This document shows, piece by piece, positions 1-9,045 of a DNA stretch of 32,000 nucleotides. The DNA is taken from the NCBI RefSeq assembly GCF_020969955.1, contig NZ_JAHDSX010000001.1, positions 90,001 to 122,000 on the forward strand, in the 5' to 3' direction. Under the pieces are notes generated by a model, which was not told where the DNA came from, made no database searches, and saw nothing but the letters and a program-made list of their open reading frames with translations. Position 1 is the first letter of the stretch; the number at the start of each line of letters is the position of its first letter. Made by a program: the position numbers and the translations under genes. The stretch is from Allobaculum fili (GTDB lineage: Bacteria; Bacillota_I; Bacilli_A; Erysipelotrichales; Erysipelotrichaceae).

Positions 1-1586
1 CGATTCCGTACTATTCTTTTGGATATTCGCTGATCCTAAAGCTATTCATTAGCTTAACTGGATCCTATACGAATGCTTATGCCCTGGCCCAAATGGTTAA
101 CGGGCTATGGTTAGCGCTAACGTTCCTGCTGTTAATTCGTCTTATCAAACTGCTCTATCCTAAAACTATTAAAAGCAGTTGGGCAATTTTTTTCGCTTAT
201 ATATCCGTTGTCTATGCTTCGAATATTCTTAATTCCCATTTCACATGGCCTGAGTGTTTTCTTTCGCTCTTGGTCGTGATGTTGACTGTGCTTTTTGTTA
301 AGTTGCTTAAAACATACAACTTGATTTATTTTATAAGTATTTCTGTTTTGTGTGCCTACATCTATTATGTGCATCAGAGAATGATAGGCTTTGTTCTCTC
401 TGTTTTTATAATATTAGTTATCTCGGTTTTTTTTCAAAAAACAAAGAGAGATGCCATCTTAAAACTTCTCATTTTTTTCCTTACTTTTGGAATCATCTAC
501 TTTTTGTTTTCGCTTTTGAAGACGGATCTGATCAATAATCTTTGGGTGTCCAGTCCTAGTTCCAATGTAAATAACATTAGCGGGCAGGCAGGTAATATTC
601 GATATCTGTTTACTATTTCAGGTATACGTGATTTTCTGCTTTCTTTTTCCGGAAAGCTATTTTATCTGTTTACTGCGACTTTTTTTGTGATTCCACTTCT
701 CTTGCTCCGTAGTGTGACAAGACTGTTCAAATGGATTCAGGGAAAATCAAAACGGCACCAAAAAACTGGGGAAAATGCCTGCGCGGATGAGTTGGCTTTG
801 GTTTACTTATTTGTCTTATTGTCCTTTCTTTTATCCGCAGGAATCAGCTCGGTTTCCATGATTACTCCAACGACAATTAGCCATGTGGTTTATGGCAGAT
901 ATTTGGAGCCTCTTTATAGTGTTGGTCTGGCCCTTGGATTTGCAGAGCTGTTTCTTAGAAAAATGAGTTTTACAGAGTTGTTGATCTTAATGGGTATTTA
1001 CGCTCTAACTGTTCTTTCGGTTTCCTGGCAATGCAATCAGGGTGAGCTTCGATGGAGAGCACCGGTGAACAATAGTGCAGTTACATGGTTCGTAAAGGAA
1101 AACTGGATTGAATTGAGAAACTGTCTCTTACTCACTGGGATTGGAGTGGTGCTGCTCTTTATGGCAGAGAGAAAACGGATTCTCTATTGCCTCATTCTAA
1201 CGATAATGGGGATTTACTGGATTGTTACGGGCAATCAAGCTTACAAGGATCACGTAAGTGATTGGGGTGCCTATCAAGAAGACAATGTGGCAATCTCAGA
1301 ATATATTCGCAATTTCGAAAATCAGCATGATGAAAACATACAGGTAGTTATTGTAAATAGCGATATTGGTCGGCTTCCGAGCCGTAACCCAGGCAATGGC
1401 TTGCAGTTTTTAAATCCAAATGCAGAATTTGAGGTCTACTCAGAATGGGATCAGAGTTTGGCTAAGACGTTCGAAAATGGAGATGTTCCCGGACTTCTTG
1501 TTACTTCAGAAGCCGCTGATATTGAAGGTTTAGATGAGCCTGTGTATACCACTGACCATTACCAGATCTATATTCTGAAAGAATGA
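1..1586 (+). CDS. Polytopic membrane protein, GT-C/ArnT-like glycosyltransferase candidate; the 5' end lies outside the window
   Basis: The frame of ORF 93..1586 stays open back to base 3: IPYYSFGYSLILKLFISLTGSYTNAYALAQ precedes the listed Met. The true N-terminus is therefore off-window. There are about 10 hydrophobic helices followed by a soluble C-terminal domain of roughly 110 aa. The gene is strongly AT-rich compared with the rest of the window. The functional class is a guess from architecture only. Confidence 0.55.
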   Translation, partial: IPYYSFGYSLILKLFISLTGSYTNAYALAQMVNGLWLALTFLLLIRLIKLLYPKTIKSSWAIFFAYISVVYASNILNSHFTWPECFLSLLVVMLTVLFVKLLKTYNLIYFISISVLCAYIYYVHQRMIGFVLSVFIILVISVFFQKTKRDAILKLLIFFLTFGIIYFLFSLLKTDLINNLWVSSPSSNVNNISGQAGNIRYLFTISGIRDFLLSFSGKLFYLFTATFFVIPLLLLRSVTRLFKWIQGKSKRHQKTGENACADELALVYLFVLLSFLLSAGISSVSMITPTTISHVVYGRYLEPLYSVGLALGFAELFLRKMSFTELLILMGIYALTVLSVSWQCNQGELRWRAPVNNSAVTWFVKENWIELRNCLLLTGIGVVLLFMAERKRILYCLILTIMGIYWIVTGNQAYKDHVSDWGAYQEDNVAISEYIRNFENQHDENIQVVIVNSDIGRLPSRNPGNGLQFLNPNAEFEVYSEWDQSLAKTFENGDVPGLLVTSEAADIEGLDEPVYTTDHYQIYILKE

Positions 1587-1654
1587 ACAACCCAATAAAA
1601 TTTTCAGAACTCCGCTCAGAAGATTTTGAATGCTTTACAAAAGAATGAAATCTA

Positions 1655-1724
1655 AAAAGCGAAGGCTTTAAGACCCGGATGTTTCTTAAAGAAATCCTCA
1701 GGAAGTCTGAAAGTCTTCGCTTTT
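1655..1724. terminator. Bidirectional stem-loop between convergent genes
   Basis: aaaagcgaaggcttt (1655-1669) pairs with aaagtcttcgctttt (1710-1724), giving 15 bp with 1 mismatch. An A-run lies on the left and a T-run on the right. The loop is long (about 40 nt), so the call is only moderately convincing. Confidence 0.45.
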
Positions 1725-1741
1725 GTTGGTGAAATGAGCTT

Positions 1742-2833
1742 TTATTTCGCAGCGGATTTTTCCGCAAGGCTTTTGCGAACGGAATTGTACAGACCGATCG
1801 CAAGAATCAGAATCGCGATCGGGCAGATCCAGGAGAGCAGGGTTCCGGACCAGGAAAGGATGGAATCCAGACCGGTGCAGGCGACAACGGCGCCGGCAAC
1901 GGTAAAGGTGATCAGCCAGGAACGGTAGGAAAGTTTGCCGAACGTTTCCTGGAAGTATTCCGCGCAGCAGGCGAGAAGACCGGAGCAGACGTTCAGGCAG
2001 GCGATCAGGAAGATCAGACCGGAAAGAATGCGTCCAAGGCTTCCCCAGGTCTGAGTAGCCGCGGCAGAAAGAATCTGCGCACCGTTTGTGAAGGAACCGA
2101 AGAGCACGCTGTTGCGAGACGAGCAAACCGCCAGAAGAATGTACACGAGAGCAAGAAGAATACCGGCGCAGACTGCGGAAAGCGCAAGCGCCTGATTTTT
2201 CTTCTTGATGTTCATTTTTTCGATGTTGGTCGTAATCAGAATGCCAAAGCAGAAGGCGGCCAGAATATCCATGGTCTGATAGCCTTCGTTCAGGCCGGTC
2301 CAGAAGGGGCTGTTCGCAAATGCGGCAGCCGGAGCGGAAACACTGGCTGGCGCAAACAGAAGCGGAATGCAGACGCAGAGGATCAGAATCAGAAGAATCG
2401 GGCCCATGATCTTGCCCAGAATATCCTTAAGCTTTCCGGGATGGACAGCCATGAAGTAGGCGGCAATAAAAAAGAGACAGATTGCCGCAATCTGAACGGG
2501 TCTGGCCGGAATCAGCCAGGACCACATTTCCATCGCGGTTCCGGCGGTACGCGGAATGGCGATGCATGGACCGATCAGTAAATAGACGATGGTCATGAAA
2601 ATTGGACCGAGCGGCTTCCAGATTTTGCTGATCATATTGGAAGCGGTCCGGTACGGGGCGATGATGCAGATGGAGACAACCGGCATGACCACACTGGTGA
2701 CGAGCATGCCGCTTAAAGCCGGAACGAGAGCACTGCCTGCCTGCGCCCCAAGGTAGGGAGCAAAGATCAGGTTTCCGGCGCCGAAGAACATGGAAAACAA
2801 GGTGATTCCCAAAATCAAAATATCTTTAGTCAT
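1742..2833 (-). CDS. brnQ: Branched-chain amino acid transport system carrier protein (LIVCS family)
   Basis: The N-terminus MTKDILILGITLFSMFFGAGNLIFAPYLGAQAG carries the BrnQ FGAGNLIF(P/A)P signature. The protein has about 10 TM helices. At 363 aa it is shorter than the ~440 aa I remember for canonical BrnQ. Confidence 0.85.
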   Translation of the reverse strand: MTKDILILGITLFSMFFGAGNLIFAPYLGAQAGSALVPALSGMLVTSVVMPVVSICIIAPYRTASNMISKIWKPLGPIFMTIVYLLIGPCIAIPRTAGTAMEMWSWLIPARPVQIAAICLFFIAAYFMAVHPGKLKDILGKIMGPILLILILCVCIPLLFAPASVSAPAAAFANSPFWTGLNEGYQTMDILAAFCFGILITTNIEKMNIKKKNQALALSAVCAGILLALVYILLAVCSSRNSVLFGSFTNGAQILSAAATQTWGSLGRILSGLIFLIACLNVCSGLLACCAEYFQETFGKLSYRSWLITFTVAGAVVACTGLDSILSWSGTLLSWICPIAILILAIGLYNSVRKSLAEKSAAK

Positions 2834-3050
2834 AGAAAAATTGTAGCATTCGAAGACAATTCCATACTTTTATAAGTGCATAAAGTACATCATCCAGACG
2901 AAAACGTATTCATATTTCGTTTGCCCCCTGCCAATTCACGAATTCCATGTTCTGCTACAATAAAATCCAAAGAGAAAGGCAGGCTGAAGGCCCCAGAACC
3001 TGTAAATAAGCCTTCAGAACAAGAGAACGATTTGCAGAAAGGAGCAATGT

Positions 3051-3770
3051 ATGGAAACAGTTCCCTATAACAAGAAAATTTCCGACGCCATTCAGGATGT
3101 ACTCGAAGGCGGAAACTGGAAATACGATTTTGATGAGATCAACGGAATGTTTACCCTGACGTTCGGGTCGTCTCAAGGACTGAATTACGACATGCTCATC
3201 CTGACCGGAGAAAAAGATTTTGAAACGACCATGAGCTTCCCCGTCGGAACGGAACGAGACGATCTGGATCTTATTTCCACCATGGCGGAGTTCATCTGTC
3301 TGGTCAATTACGAACGTCCTCGAAGCCTGTTCTTCTACCATCCGCAGCGCGGCGAGATCCGCTACCGGGAGCGGGTGAAGGTCAATCCATACAATCCGGA
3401 AAAGGAAAGCGTTCTGGCGAGTCTGGTCATGGCCATTGGAGAAATTCATTCCATTACGCCGGGGATTCTGGCGATCCTTTTTCAGGGTGCAACGGCAGAA
3501 GAAGCTCTGGCGATCATGGAAGCGGGCCACGATCTGGTATCCAGTTTCATGAACGCCCTCGAACATAACGCCACCGCGGAAGACTTCATTCTTTCCGACG
3601 AGACGGATTCCGAGGGAAATCCGAAAACCCCGCGCGCCTTTCGCTACGCGATCGATCTGAACACCGGGGAGTTCCTGAAAGGGGAATTCATCGACCCGGA
3701 TGAAGAAGAGGAAGACGACGAGGAAGATCTGTTTAAGGACCCCGAAAGCTTCGATTCCTCGCTCAATTAG
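3051..3770 (+). CDS. Hypothetical cytosolic protein, YbjN-like N-terminal domain with a poly-acidic C-terminal tail
   Basis: A strong RBS (aaaggagcaatgtATG) precedes the start. The protein is 239 aa with no TM segment. The C-terminus reads DPDEEEEDDEEDLFKDPESFDSS. The family assignment comes from weak pattern recognition only. Confidence 0.6.
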   Translation: METVPYNKKISDAIQDVLEGGNWKYDFDEINGMFTLTFGSSQGLNYDMLILTGEKDFETTMSFPVGTERDDLDLISTMAEFICLVNYERPRSLFFYHPQRGEIRYRERVKVNPYNPEKESVLASLVMAIGEIHSITPGILAILFQGATAEEALAIMEAGHDLVSSFMNALEHNATAEDFILSDETDSEGNPKTPRAFRYAIDLNTGEFLKGEFIDPDEEEEDDEEDLFKDPESFDSSLN

Positions 3771-4027
3771 TACGGCGCAGATTGTACCGCGCAAAAGTCT
3801 GCATGCTGCAGCCGCTGGCTTTGTTGGGGTATTGCTTGAAAAACAGATTTACAATCGCGGGTGCGATATCCCAATCGATCCAGAGGATCGTCTGGAAGCC
3901 GTTCGGAATTAAAAAAGAAGCAGGATGCCCGCTGGACCGTATGGACTGGCGGGCAACTTCTGTATGCGCTCGGTTCAAGGGCGTGATTTATGTTTGGATT
4001 CCGGTGGGCGGCTTTCTGCAGAGAAAC

Positions 4028-5179
4028 CTAGAGCGCGCTGTCTCGATCCGGAAAATGCAGTAGGGAGAGCGCTTCGAACAGATCGGCTCCGGCCAGGAGA
4101 AGGTCTTCCTCAAAGTCAAAGTGCGAATCGTGCAGTTCAATTCCGGTTCCCGTTCCGAGGAAAAAGAATACGCCGGGAACTTGCTGTAAATACCCGGAGA
4201 AATCTTCGGTAATGAGCTCTGGCTTCTCGAGAATCTGCAGGCTGGGAATCTCCTTTTCGATTGTCTGAAAAAGCGTGCGGTCATTGATTACTGCCGGGTA
4301 GCCGCTTGAAAAGGAAAGTTCGATCTGCACGCCGCGCTTCTGGCCGATTTTATGGCACAGATCTTCGATGGAATTTCGCAGAAAGTGATAATCTGCTTCT
4401 TCAAAGGCGCGCAGCGTGCCTTCCAGCACGCATTCTTCGGCTACCACATTGCGAATGCGTCCGCCTTCCATTTTTCCAAAGCGCAGCAGGCAGAACGAAT
4501 CTTCCGGCATCGACGCCACAAGCGCGTAGGCCTGATTTAAAACATCCATGCAGGCTTCAATCGCATCGGCCCCTTCCTGAAACCTGGCAACGTGTGCGGC
4601 TTTGCCATGAATGGAAATCGTGACTTCACACGAGCGGGCCATCAGCGGGCCCGGACGGCTTGCTATGGCACCTTTTTCCAGCAGCGGCCAGAGATGCATG
4701 CCGAAAATGCGGTTCACGTGATACGTCTCGAGAAGCCCGCTTTCGACGATCGGCTTTGCGCCGCCTGGATTTTCTTCGCCGGGCTGAAAAATCAGAAGAA
4801 CGTTCTGATCCAGATCGCGATAATAGCGTTCCAGCCGATGCGCGAACAGAAGCAGATTGCTCATATGGCCATCGTGTCCGCAGGCGTGCATGCGCCCTGG
4901 ATACCGGCTTTGATACGGCTGACCCGTCTGTTCATTTACCGGAAGCGCGTCCATATCGCTGCGAAAGGCGAGGGTACTTTCCTTGCCGGCATCAAAGAAC
5001 GCTGCAACGGCGCAGGGAAGCGGATGCGTTATTTTACACGACAGATCGCTCAGCGCATTTTCGATGTAGGCACATGTCTTTGGAAGATCGAGTCCCAGTT
5101 CAGGAATCTGATGCAGATCGCGGCGCCACGTCCGGACCTGGGCGATTTCTTCCGATCGAGTGAAATGTTTTATTGTCAT
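4028..5179 (-). CDS. M20D-family amidohydrolase; N-acetyldiaminopimelate deacetylase candidate by context
   Basis: RRDLHQIPELG and HACGHDGH are typical M20 peptidase/aminoacylase metal-site motifs. The gene is divergent from lysA-dapF. I chose the start at MTIKHF (5179). An alternative ATG at 5218 adds 13 aa. Neither start has a good SD. Confidence 0.8.
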   Translation of the reverse strand: MTIKHFTRSEEIAQVRTWRRDLHQIPELGLDLPKTCAYIENALSDLSCKITHPLPCAVAAFFDAGKESTLAFRSDMDALPVNEQTGQPYQSRYPGRMHACGHDGHMSNLLLFAHRLERYYRDLDQNVLLIFQPGEENPGGAKPIVESGLLETYHVNRIFGMHLWPLLEKGAIASRPGPLMARSCEVTISIHGKAAHVARFQEGADAIEACMDVLNQAYALVASMPEDSFCLLRFGKMEGGRIRNVVAEECVLEGTLRAFEEADYHFLRNSIEDLCHKIGQKRGVQIELSFSSGYPAVINDRTLFQTIEKEIPSLQILEKPELITEDFSGYLQQVPGVFFFLGTGTGIELHDSHFDFEEDLLLAGADLFEALSLLHFPDRDSAL

Positions 5180-5397
5180 GTAACAAGTGTATGAAACCTG
5201 TTTGAAAATGGGTTTCATAAAAACAAAACGGCTTCGGATTGTGGTGAATCCGGTTCAAATTCGCTACACTTCAACCATTCCCGAGCCGTTTTTAACAACG
5301 AAAGACGGGAAACTGCAGGGCGGTTTGCGGCAGGAAAAAGCCGGATTATGCAATACCGCAAACCGGCAAAATGGAAAAAGGAAAGGGAACGAATCCT

Positions 5398-6702
5398 ATG
5401 AAAGAAGACGTATTTGCGCGGATTGAATCCGCCGATGGCGATGTGACGATTTCGGGCGTATCCGCTGCCGCTCTGGCAAAAGAATGCGGAACGCCGCTTT
5501 ATATTTTCGATGAAACCGGCCTGGAACAGACGATGCAGGCGTATGTGAACGACTTTAAAAGCGATGAATTTGAGACCCGTGTGGTTTTCGCCTCCAAGGC
5601 GTTTTCCAATAAGGCGGTTTTAAAGCTCTGCGCTGAAAACGGACTGTATATCGACTCCGTTTCGCTGGGCGAAATTTACACGGCGAAAAGCGCCGGCATC
5701 GATTTGAGCACAATTTATTTTCACGGCAACAACAAAACGAAAAAGGAACTGCGCGCGGCGCTGGAATGGGGCGTAGGTACGCTGATTCTTGACGGTCTGG
5801 AAGAAGCGCAGACGCTCGTTTCGATCGCGTCGGAATACCCGGAACGGAACATGCGCGTTTTGCTGCGGATTAATCCGATTGTCGAAGCCGCCACCCACCA
5901 TCACATTCAGACGGCCGCACCGGATTCGAAATTCGGCATTCCCATCACGATGGAAGAGCGAATTGTCGAAACGATCCGCACCGTCCAGCAGGCCGAAAAT
6001 CTTCATTTTGCGGGTCTGCATGCGCACATCGGTTCTCAGATCTTTGAACTGGAGCCGTACGCGAAGGAAATTGAGGAATTCGCCGAATTCATGGTCGTTC
6101 TGAACGATCGCTATGGCATTGCGATCGAAGAAATCGATCTGGGCGGCGGTTTTGGCGTCTGGTATTCCGAAGCGGATACGCCAAACCCCATTGCCAAAAC
6201 CTGCGCCTTTTTAATTGACGCCTGTCAGAAGACATTCACCCGCTACGGCTTTATGCCCGAACGGGTGACCATTGAACCGGGCCGCTCGATTGTCGCGGAA
6301 TCCGGCTATCTGCTCTATACGATTACCCGCATTAAACAGGGCCTGAAAAACCGTTTCTATCTGGTCGACGGCGGCATGTCCGATCTGATTCGACCGGCGC
6401 TTTACGATGCCCGCTACACAGCAAGCGTCGTCGGCGCACCCGAAGATGCCCCGACCAGCCTGGTCACGGTTGCCGGAAAATGCTGCGAAAGCGGCGATAT
6501 CGTCATTCGCGATATTGAACTGCCTGAAGCGAAAGAAGACGATCTGCTTCTGATTTATACGGCCGGTGCCTACGGCATTTCCATGGCCAGCAACTATAAC
6601 AAGCAGCCCTTCCCCGGCGTGGTCTTCGTCAAGGACGGAAACTGGCGCTATGTTCTGAAACCGCAAAGTCTTGAGGAAATGATCGCCCACGAGTGCGAAT
6701 AA
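5398..6702 (+). CDS. lysA: Diaminopimelate decarboxylase
   Basis: Motifs present: VFASKAF (PLP lysine region), DLGGGFG, CCESGD. I chose the start at MKEDVF because aaaggaaaggga lies about 10 nt upstream. The ATG at 5371 has no SD. Confidence 0.93.
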   Translation: MKEDVFARIESADGDVTISGVSAAALAKECGTPLYIFDETGLEQTMQAYVNDFKSDEFETRVVFASKAFSNKAVLKLCAENGLYIDSVSLGEIYTAKSAGIDLSTIYFHGNNKTKKELRAALEWGVGTLILDGLEEAQTLVSIASEYPERNMRVLLRINPIVEAATHHHIQTAAPDSKFGIPITMEERIVETIRTVQQAENLHFAGLHAHIGSQIFELEPYAKEIEEFAEFMVVLNDRYGIAIEEIDLGGGFGVWYSEADTPNPIAKTCAFLIDACQKTFTRYGFMPERVTIEPGRSIVAESGYLLYTITRIKQGLKNRFYLVDGGMSDLIRPALYDARYTASVVGAPEDAPTSLVTVAGKCCESGDIVIRDIELPEAKEDDLLLIYTAGAYGISMASNYNKQPFPGVVFVKDGNWRYVLKPQSLEEMIAHECE

Positions 6703-6739
6703 TCTCCCAGTCGGACGGGATAGAAAGAAGGAACGGCGT

Positions 6740-7597
6740 ATGGATGTACAGGTTTCGAAATACCATGGATGCGGCAACGATTTCATTTTGATTCGCGAAG
6801 AAGAAGCCGAACGCATCGACGATTTGCACGATTTTATCGTGCAGGTGTGCGATCGGCGCTTTGGCATCGGCGCGGACGGCCTGATGGTCGCCCGTACCCA
6901 TCCGTTTTTCATGGAGTACTACAACCAGGACGGCTCCCGGGCCCCCATGTGCGGCAACGGAATCCGCTGCCTGACCTGTTTCCTGCGCGATCAGGGCTTG
7001 CTTGAACAGGCCGATTCGGTAACGATCGAAACGCTGGCTGGAACCAAGACTGTCGAAATCATCAGCCAGAAGCCGTTTCTGGCCCGCGTTGCCATGGGAA
7101 AGCCAATCGACGATCCTGAAGCCATTGGCGTTCATGTATCCGATCCGGACGCCCGCATTTACAACTGGCCGCTGTCGATTGGCGATCAGACGGTTTCGAT
7201 TGATTCCTTTTTCATGTCGACCGTTCACACCCTCGTTTTTGATGAAAACGCCATGGGCGATATCGAAGCAAAAGGCCGCGCCATTTGCGAGCATCCGCTG
7301 TTTTCCGAAAAGACGAATGTCAACTTCATTCATGTCCTTTCGCCCGATCAGATCGAGATTCAGACGTTTGAGCGCGGCTGCGGGGTAACCCTGGCCTGCG
7401 GAACGGGCGCCTGCGCAAGCGTCATCGACGCCCATCGCAAAGGCCTCTGCGGCACAAGCGTGGATGTCAAACTTAAGCGCGGAGCGCTTCACATCGATAT
7501 CGATGAAGAAGAGTCCGCCTGGATGACCGGACCGGCCGTCTGCGTGCTGGAAGGCACGTTTCACTGGATGCCTTCTGCCAAAAGCCCGATCGAATAA
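6740..7597 (+). CDS. dapF: Diaminopimelate epimerase
   Basis: KYHGCGNDFILI is present, along with the two catalytic Cys motifs MCGNGIRC and ACGTGACA. The protein is 285 aa. Confidence 0.93.
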   Translation: MDVQVSKYHGCGNDFILIREEEAERIDDLHDFIVQVCDRRFGIGADGLMVARTHPFFMEYYNQDGSRAPMCGNGIRCLTCFLRDQGLLEQADSVTIETLAGTKTVEIISQKPFLARVAMGKPIDDPEAIGVHVSDPDARIYNWPLSIGDQTVSIDSFFMSTVHTLVFDENAMGDIEAKGRAICEHPLFSEKTNVNFIHVLSPDQIEIQTFERGCGVTLACGTGACASVIDAHRKGLCGTSVDVKLKRGALHIDIDEEESAWMTGPAVCVLEGTFHWMPSAKSPIE

Positions 7598-7693
7598 AGC
7601 GGAACGGGAACCGGAAGCAAGAGGGAAGAAAAAGCGGGACTGCCAGGAGAAAATGGCAAGGATCGATCGAATGGAAAGGATGGAAACCATCGC

Positions 7694-8155
7694 ATGGAAC
7701 TGAGAGCGTACACGCCTGCGGACTGCAGGGAAATGCTGGAATTGTTTTATGACACCGTCCATACGATCAACGCCCGAGACTATTCCCCAAAACAGCTCGA
7801 TGTCTGGGCGACTGGAAAAGAAGATCCGCAAGCCTGGTGCCAGTCCTTTCTGGCGCATTACACGCTGGTGGCTGTGGAAAACGGGAAAATCGTCGGGTTT
7901 GGCGATATCGATTCGAGCGGCTATCTCGACCGCCTGTACGTGCATAAGGACAGACAGAATCAGGCCATTGCCAGCACGATCTGCGACCGGCTCGAACAGA
8001 GCGTCGACAAAACGATTACCGTTCACGCGTCCATTACGGCCAGACCGTTCTTTGAAAAACGGGGCTATCGCGTCATCCATTCCCAGCAGGTGGAACGCCG
8101 CGGCGTTCTCCTGACGAATTTCGTGATGGAAAAGGAAGCCCAGAAAACGAAGTGA
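7694..8155 (+). CDS. GNAT family N-acetyltransferase
   Basis: The protein is 153 aa. VGFGDIDSSGYLDRLYVHKDRQNQAIASTI matches the GNAT motif A region (Q/R-x-x-G-x-A-like). Confidence 0.8.
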   Translation: MELRAYTPADCREMLELFYDTVHTINARDYSPKQLDVWATGKEDPQAWCQSFLAHYTLVAVENGKIVGFGDIDSSGYLDRLYVHKDRQNQAIASTICDRLEQSVDKTITVHASITARPFFEKRGYRVIHSQQVERRGVLLTNFVMEKEAQKTK

Positions 8156-8162
8156 AAACAAT

Positions 8163-8208
8163 AAGAGGATGAAAAATACCGCAAATACGCAGTTTTTTTC
8201 ATCCTCTT
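8163..8208. terminator. Bidirectional rho-independent terminator between the GNAT and DUF4422 genes
   Basis: A perfect 14-bp stem forms between aagaggatgaaaaa (8163-8176) and tttttcatcctctt (8195-8208). A and T runs flank both sides. Confidence 0.8.
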
Positions 8209-8265
8209 TCGTCTTCATCATCTTTATTCTTCGTTCGTTTCGTTTTCGACTTCTCCGGCCTTGGC

Positions 8266-9045
8266 TCACGCGTGCGCGTCCGGGGTCGAATGTTTTTTTG
8301 AAAGCGAAAAGATCATTCGGTTTTTGACGCGCCGCAGGGAAAGCCGCAGTTTTTGCGACCGGCTCAGTTCCGGCTGCCAGACGGGCAGACGGTGGGCGCG
8401 CAGATCGCGGGAACGCACGTATACATTGAGCAGCCGCTCGGAAAGAAAGCCGTAAATGCGCTGCTGGTAGGCATTGCGGCCGTCCAGCGATATCTGTTTC
8501 TCCAGTTCTTCCAGAATGGGGAAAAGCCAGGCGCAATAGTCGTCAAAGCGTGCTTTGGAGCAGGCCATCATGTTGTACTGGCTGATGCCGCCCTGCGCCA
8601 TGATCGCATCCCACGCCTGCACATCCTTTTTGCTTTTCGCGGCAAGAATTTCTCGAAGCGTATCGAGATCCTGCGCAAAGCCGGATTCGATGCAGTACTG
8701 TTCATAGACGCTTTCGCGATACGGTTCGAATTCCGCCAGGCACACATCATAGCCGTCCAGAGCCTTGAGAATTTCCGGACCGCTCATTGCTTTGTTTTTT
8801 CCAAAGTAGCGGCGATAGTGACTGATCGAAATCCAGTCGCTTTCGGTATCGTTTTTCCAGATCCAGTACAGCCCCGTCAGTTCGCACCAGCTTTTGTTTT
8901 TGGAAGCGATGTTGTCTTTCGTGTTGTCGCGCAAATAGCCAAGATATTCGCCAAAGCCGACTTGAAGCGGAACAAAAGACGGATCGGCAGGGGGTGTAAA
9001 GGCTTTATGCATGATGATGTACTGCCGCAGTCTGCCCTCTGTCAT
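8266..9045 (-). CDS. DUF4422-domain protein (putative glycosyltransferase of polysaccharide loci)
   Basis: IIMHKAFTPP...NIASKNKSWCELTGLYWIWKN is the characteristic DUF4422 N-terminal pattern. The start overlaps the stop of the upstream GT4 gene (ATGA). Confidence 0.8.
   Translation of the reverse strand: MTEGRLRQYIIMHKAFTPPADPSFVPLQVGFGEYLGYLRDNTKDNIASKNKSWCELTGLYWIWKNDTESDWISISHYRRYFGKNKAMSGPEILKALDGYDVCLAEFEPYRESVYEQYCIESGFAQDLDTLREILAAKSKKDVQAWDAIMAQGGISQYNMMACSKARFDDYCAWLFPILEELEKQISLDGRNAYQQRIYGFLSERLLNVYVRSRDLRAHRLPVWQPELSRSQKLRLSLRRVKNRMIFSLSKKHSTPDAHA

Noticed and set aside
1742-2833. brnQ might be a truncated pseudogene, at 363 aa against the ~440 aa expected.
   Set aside because: The N-terminus is intact and the reading frame is continuous. 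A normal stop is followed by a terminator-like structure, and no leftover BrnQ-like frame lies downstream. It is probably a naturally shorter homologue. This cannot be settled without an alignment.
2834-3050. A T-box leader was expected upstream of brnQ on the minus strand.
   Set aside because: There is no GGTGGTACCGCG-type motif (it would read CGCGGTACCACC on the plus strand) and no terminator. The 217-bp region is shared with a divergent gene.
5219-5397. A lysine (L-box) riboswitch was expected upstream of lysA.
   Set aside because: I could not find the conserved L-box core elements, and the region is barely long enough. Only generic hairpins are present. An Infernal scan is needed for certainty.
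6629-8536. A 635-aa stop-free ORF on the minus strand. It spans the lysA 3' end, dapF, the GNAT gene, two intergenic regions and a terminator.
   Set aside because: It is antisense to genes with unambiguous catalytic motifs (DapF CGNG/CGTG, GNAT). It runs through a perfect 14-bp terminator hairpin. It has an Arg/Ala/Gly-rich low-complexity composition typical of the shadow frame of GC-rich coding DNA. It has no RBS and no recognisable domain.
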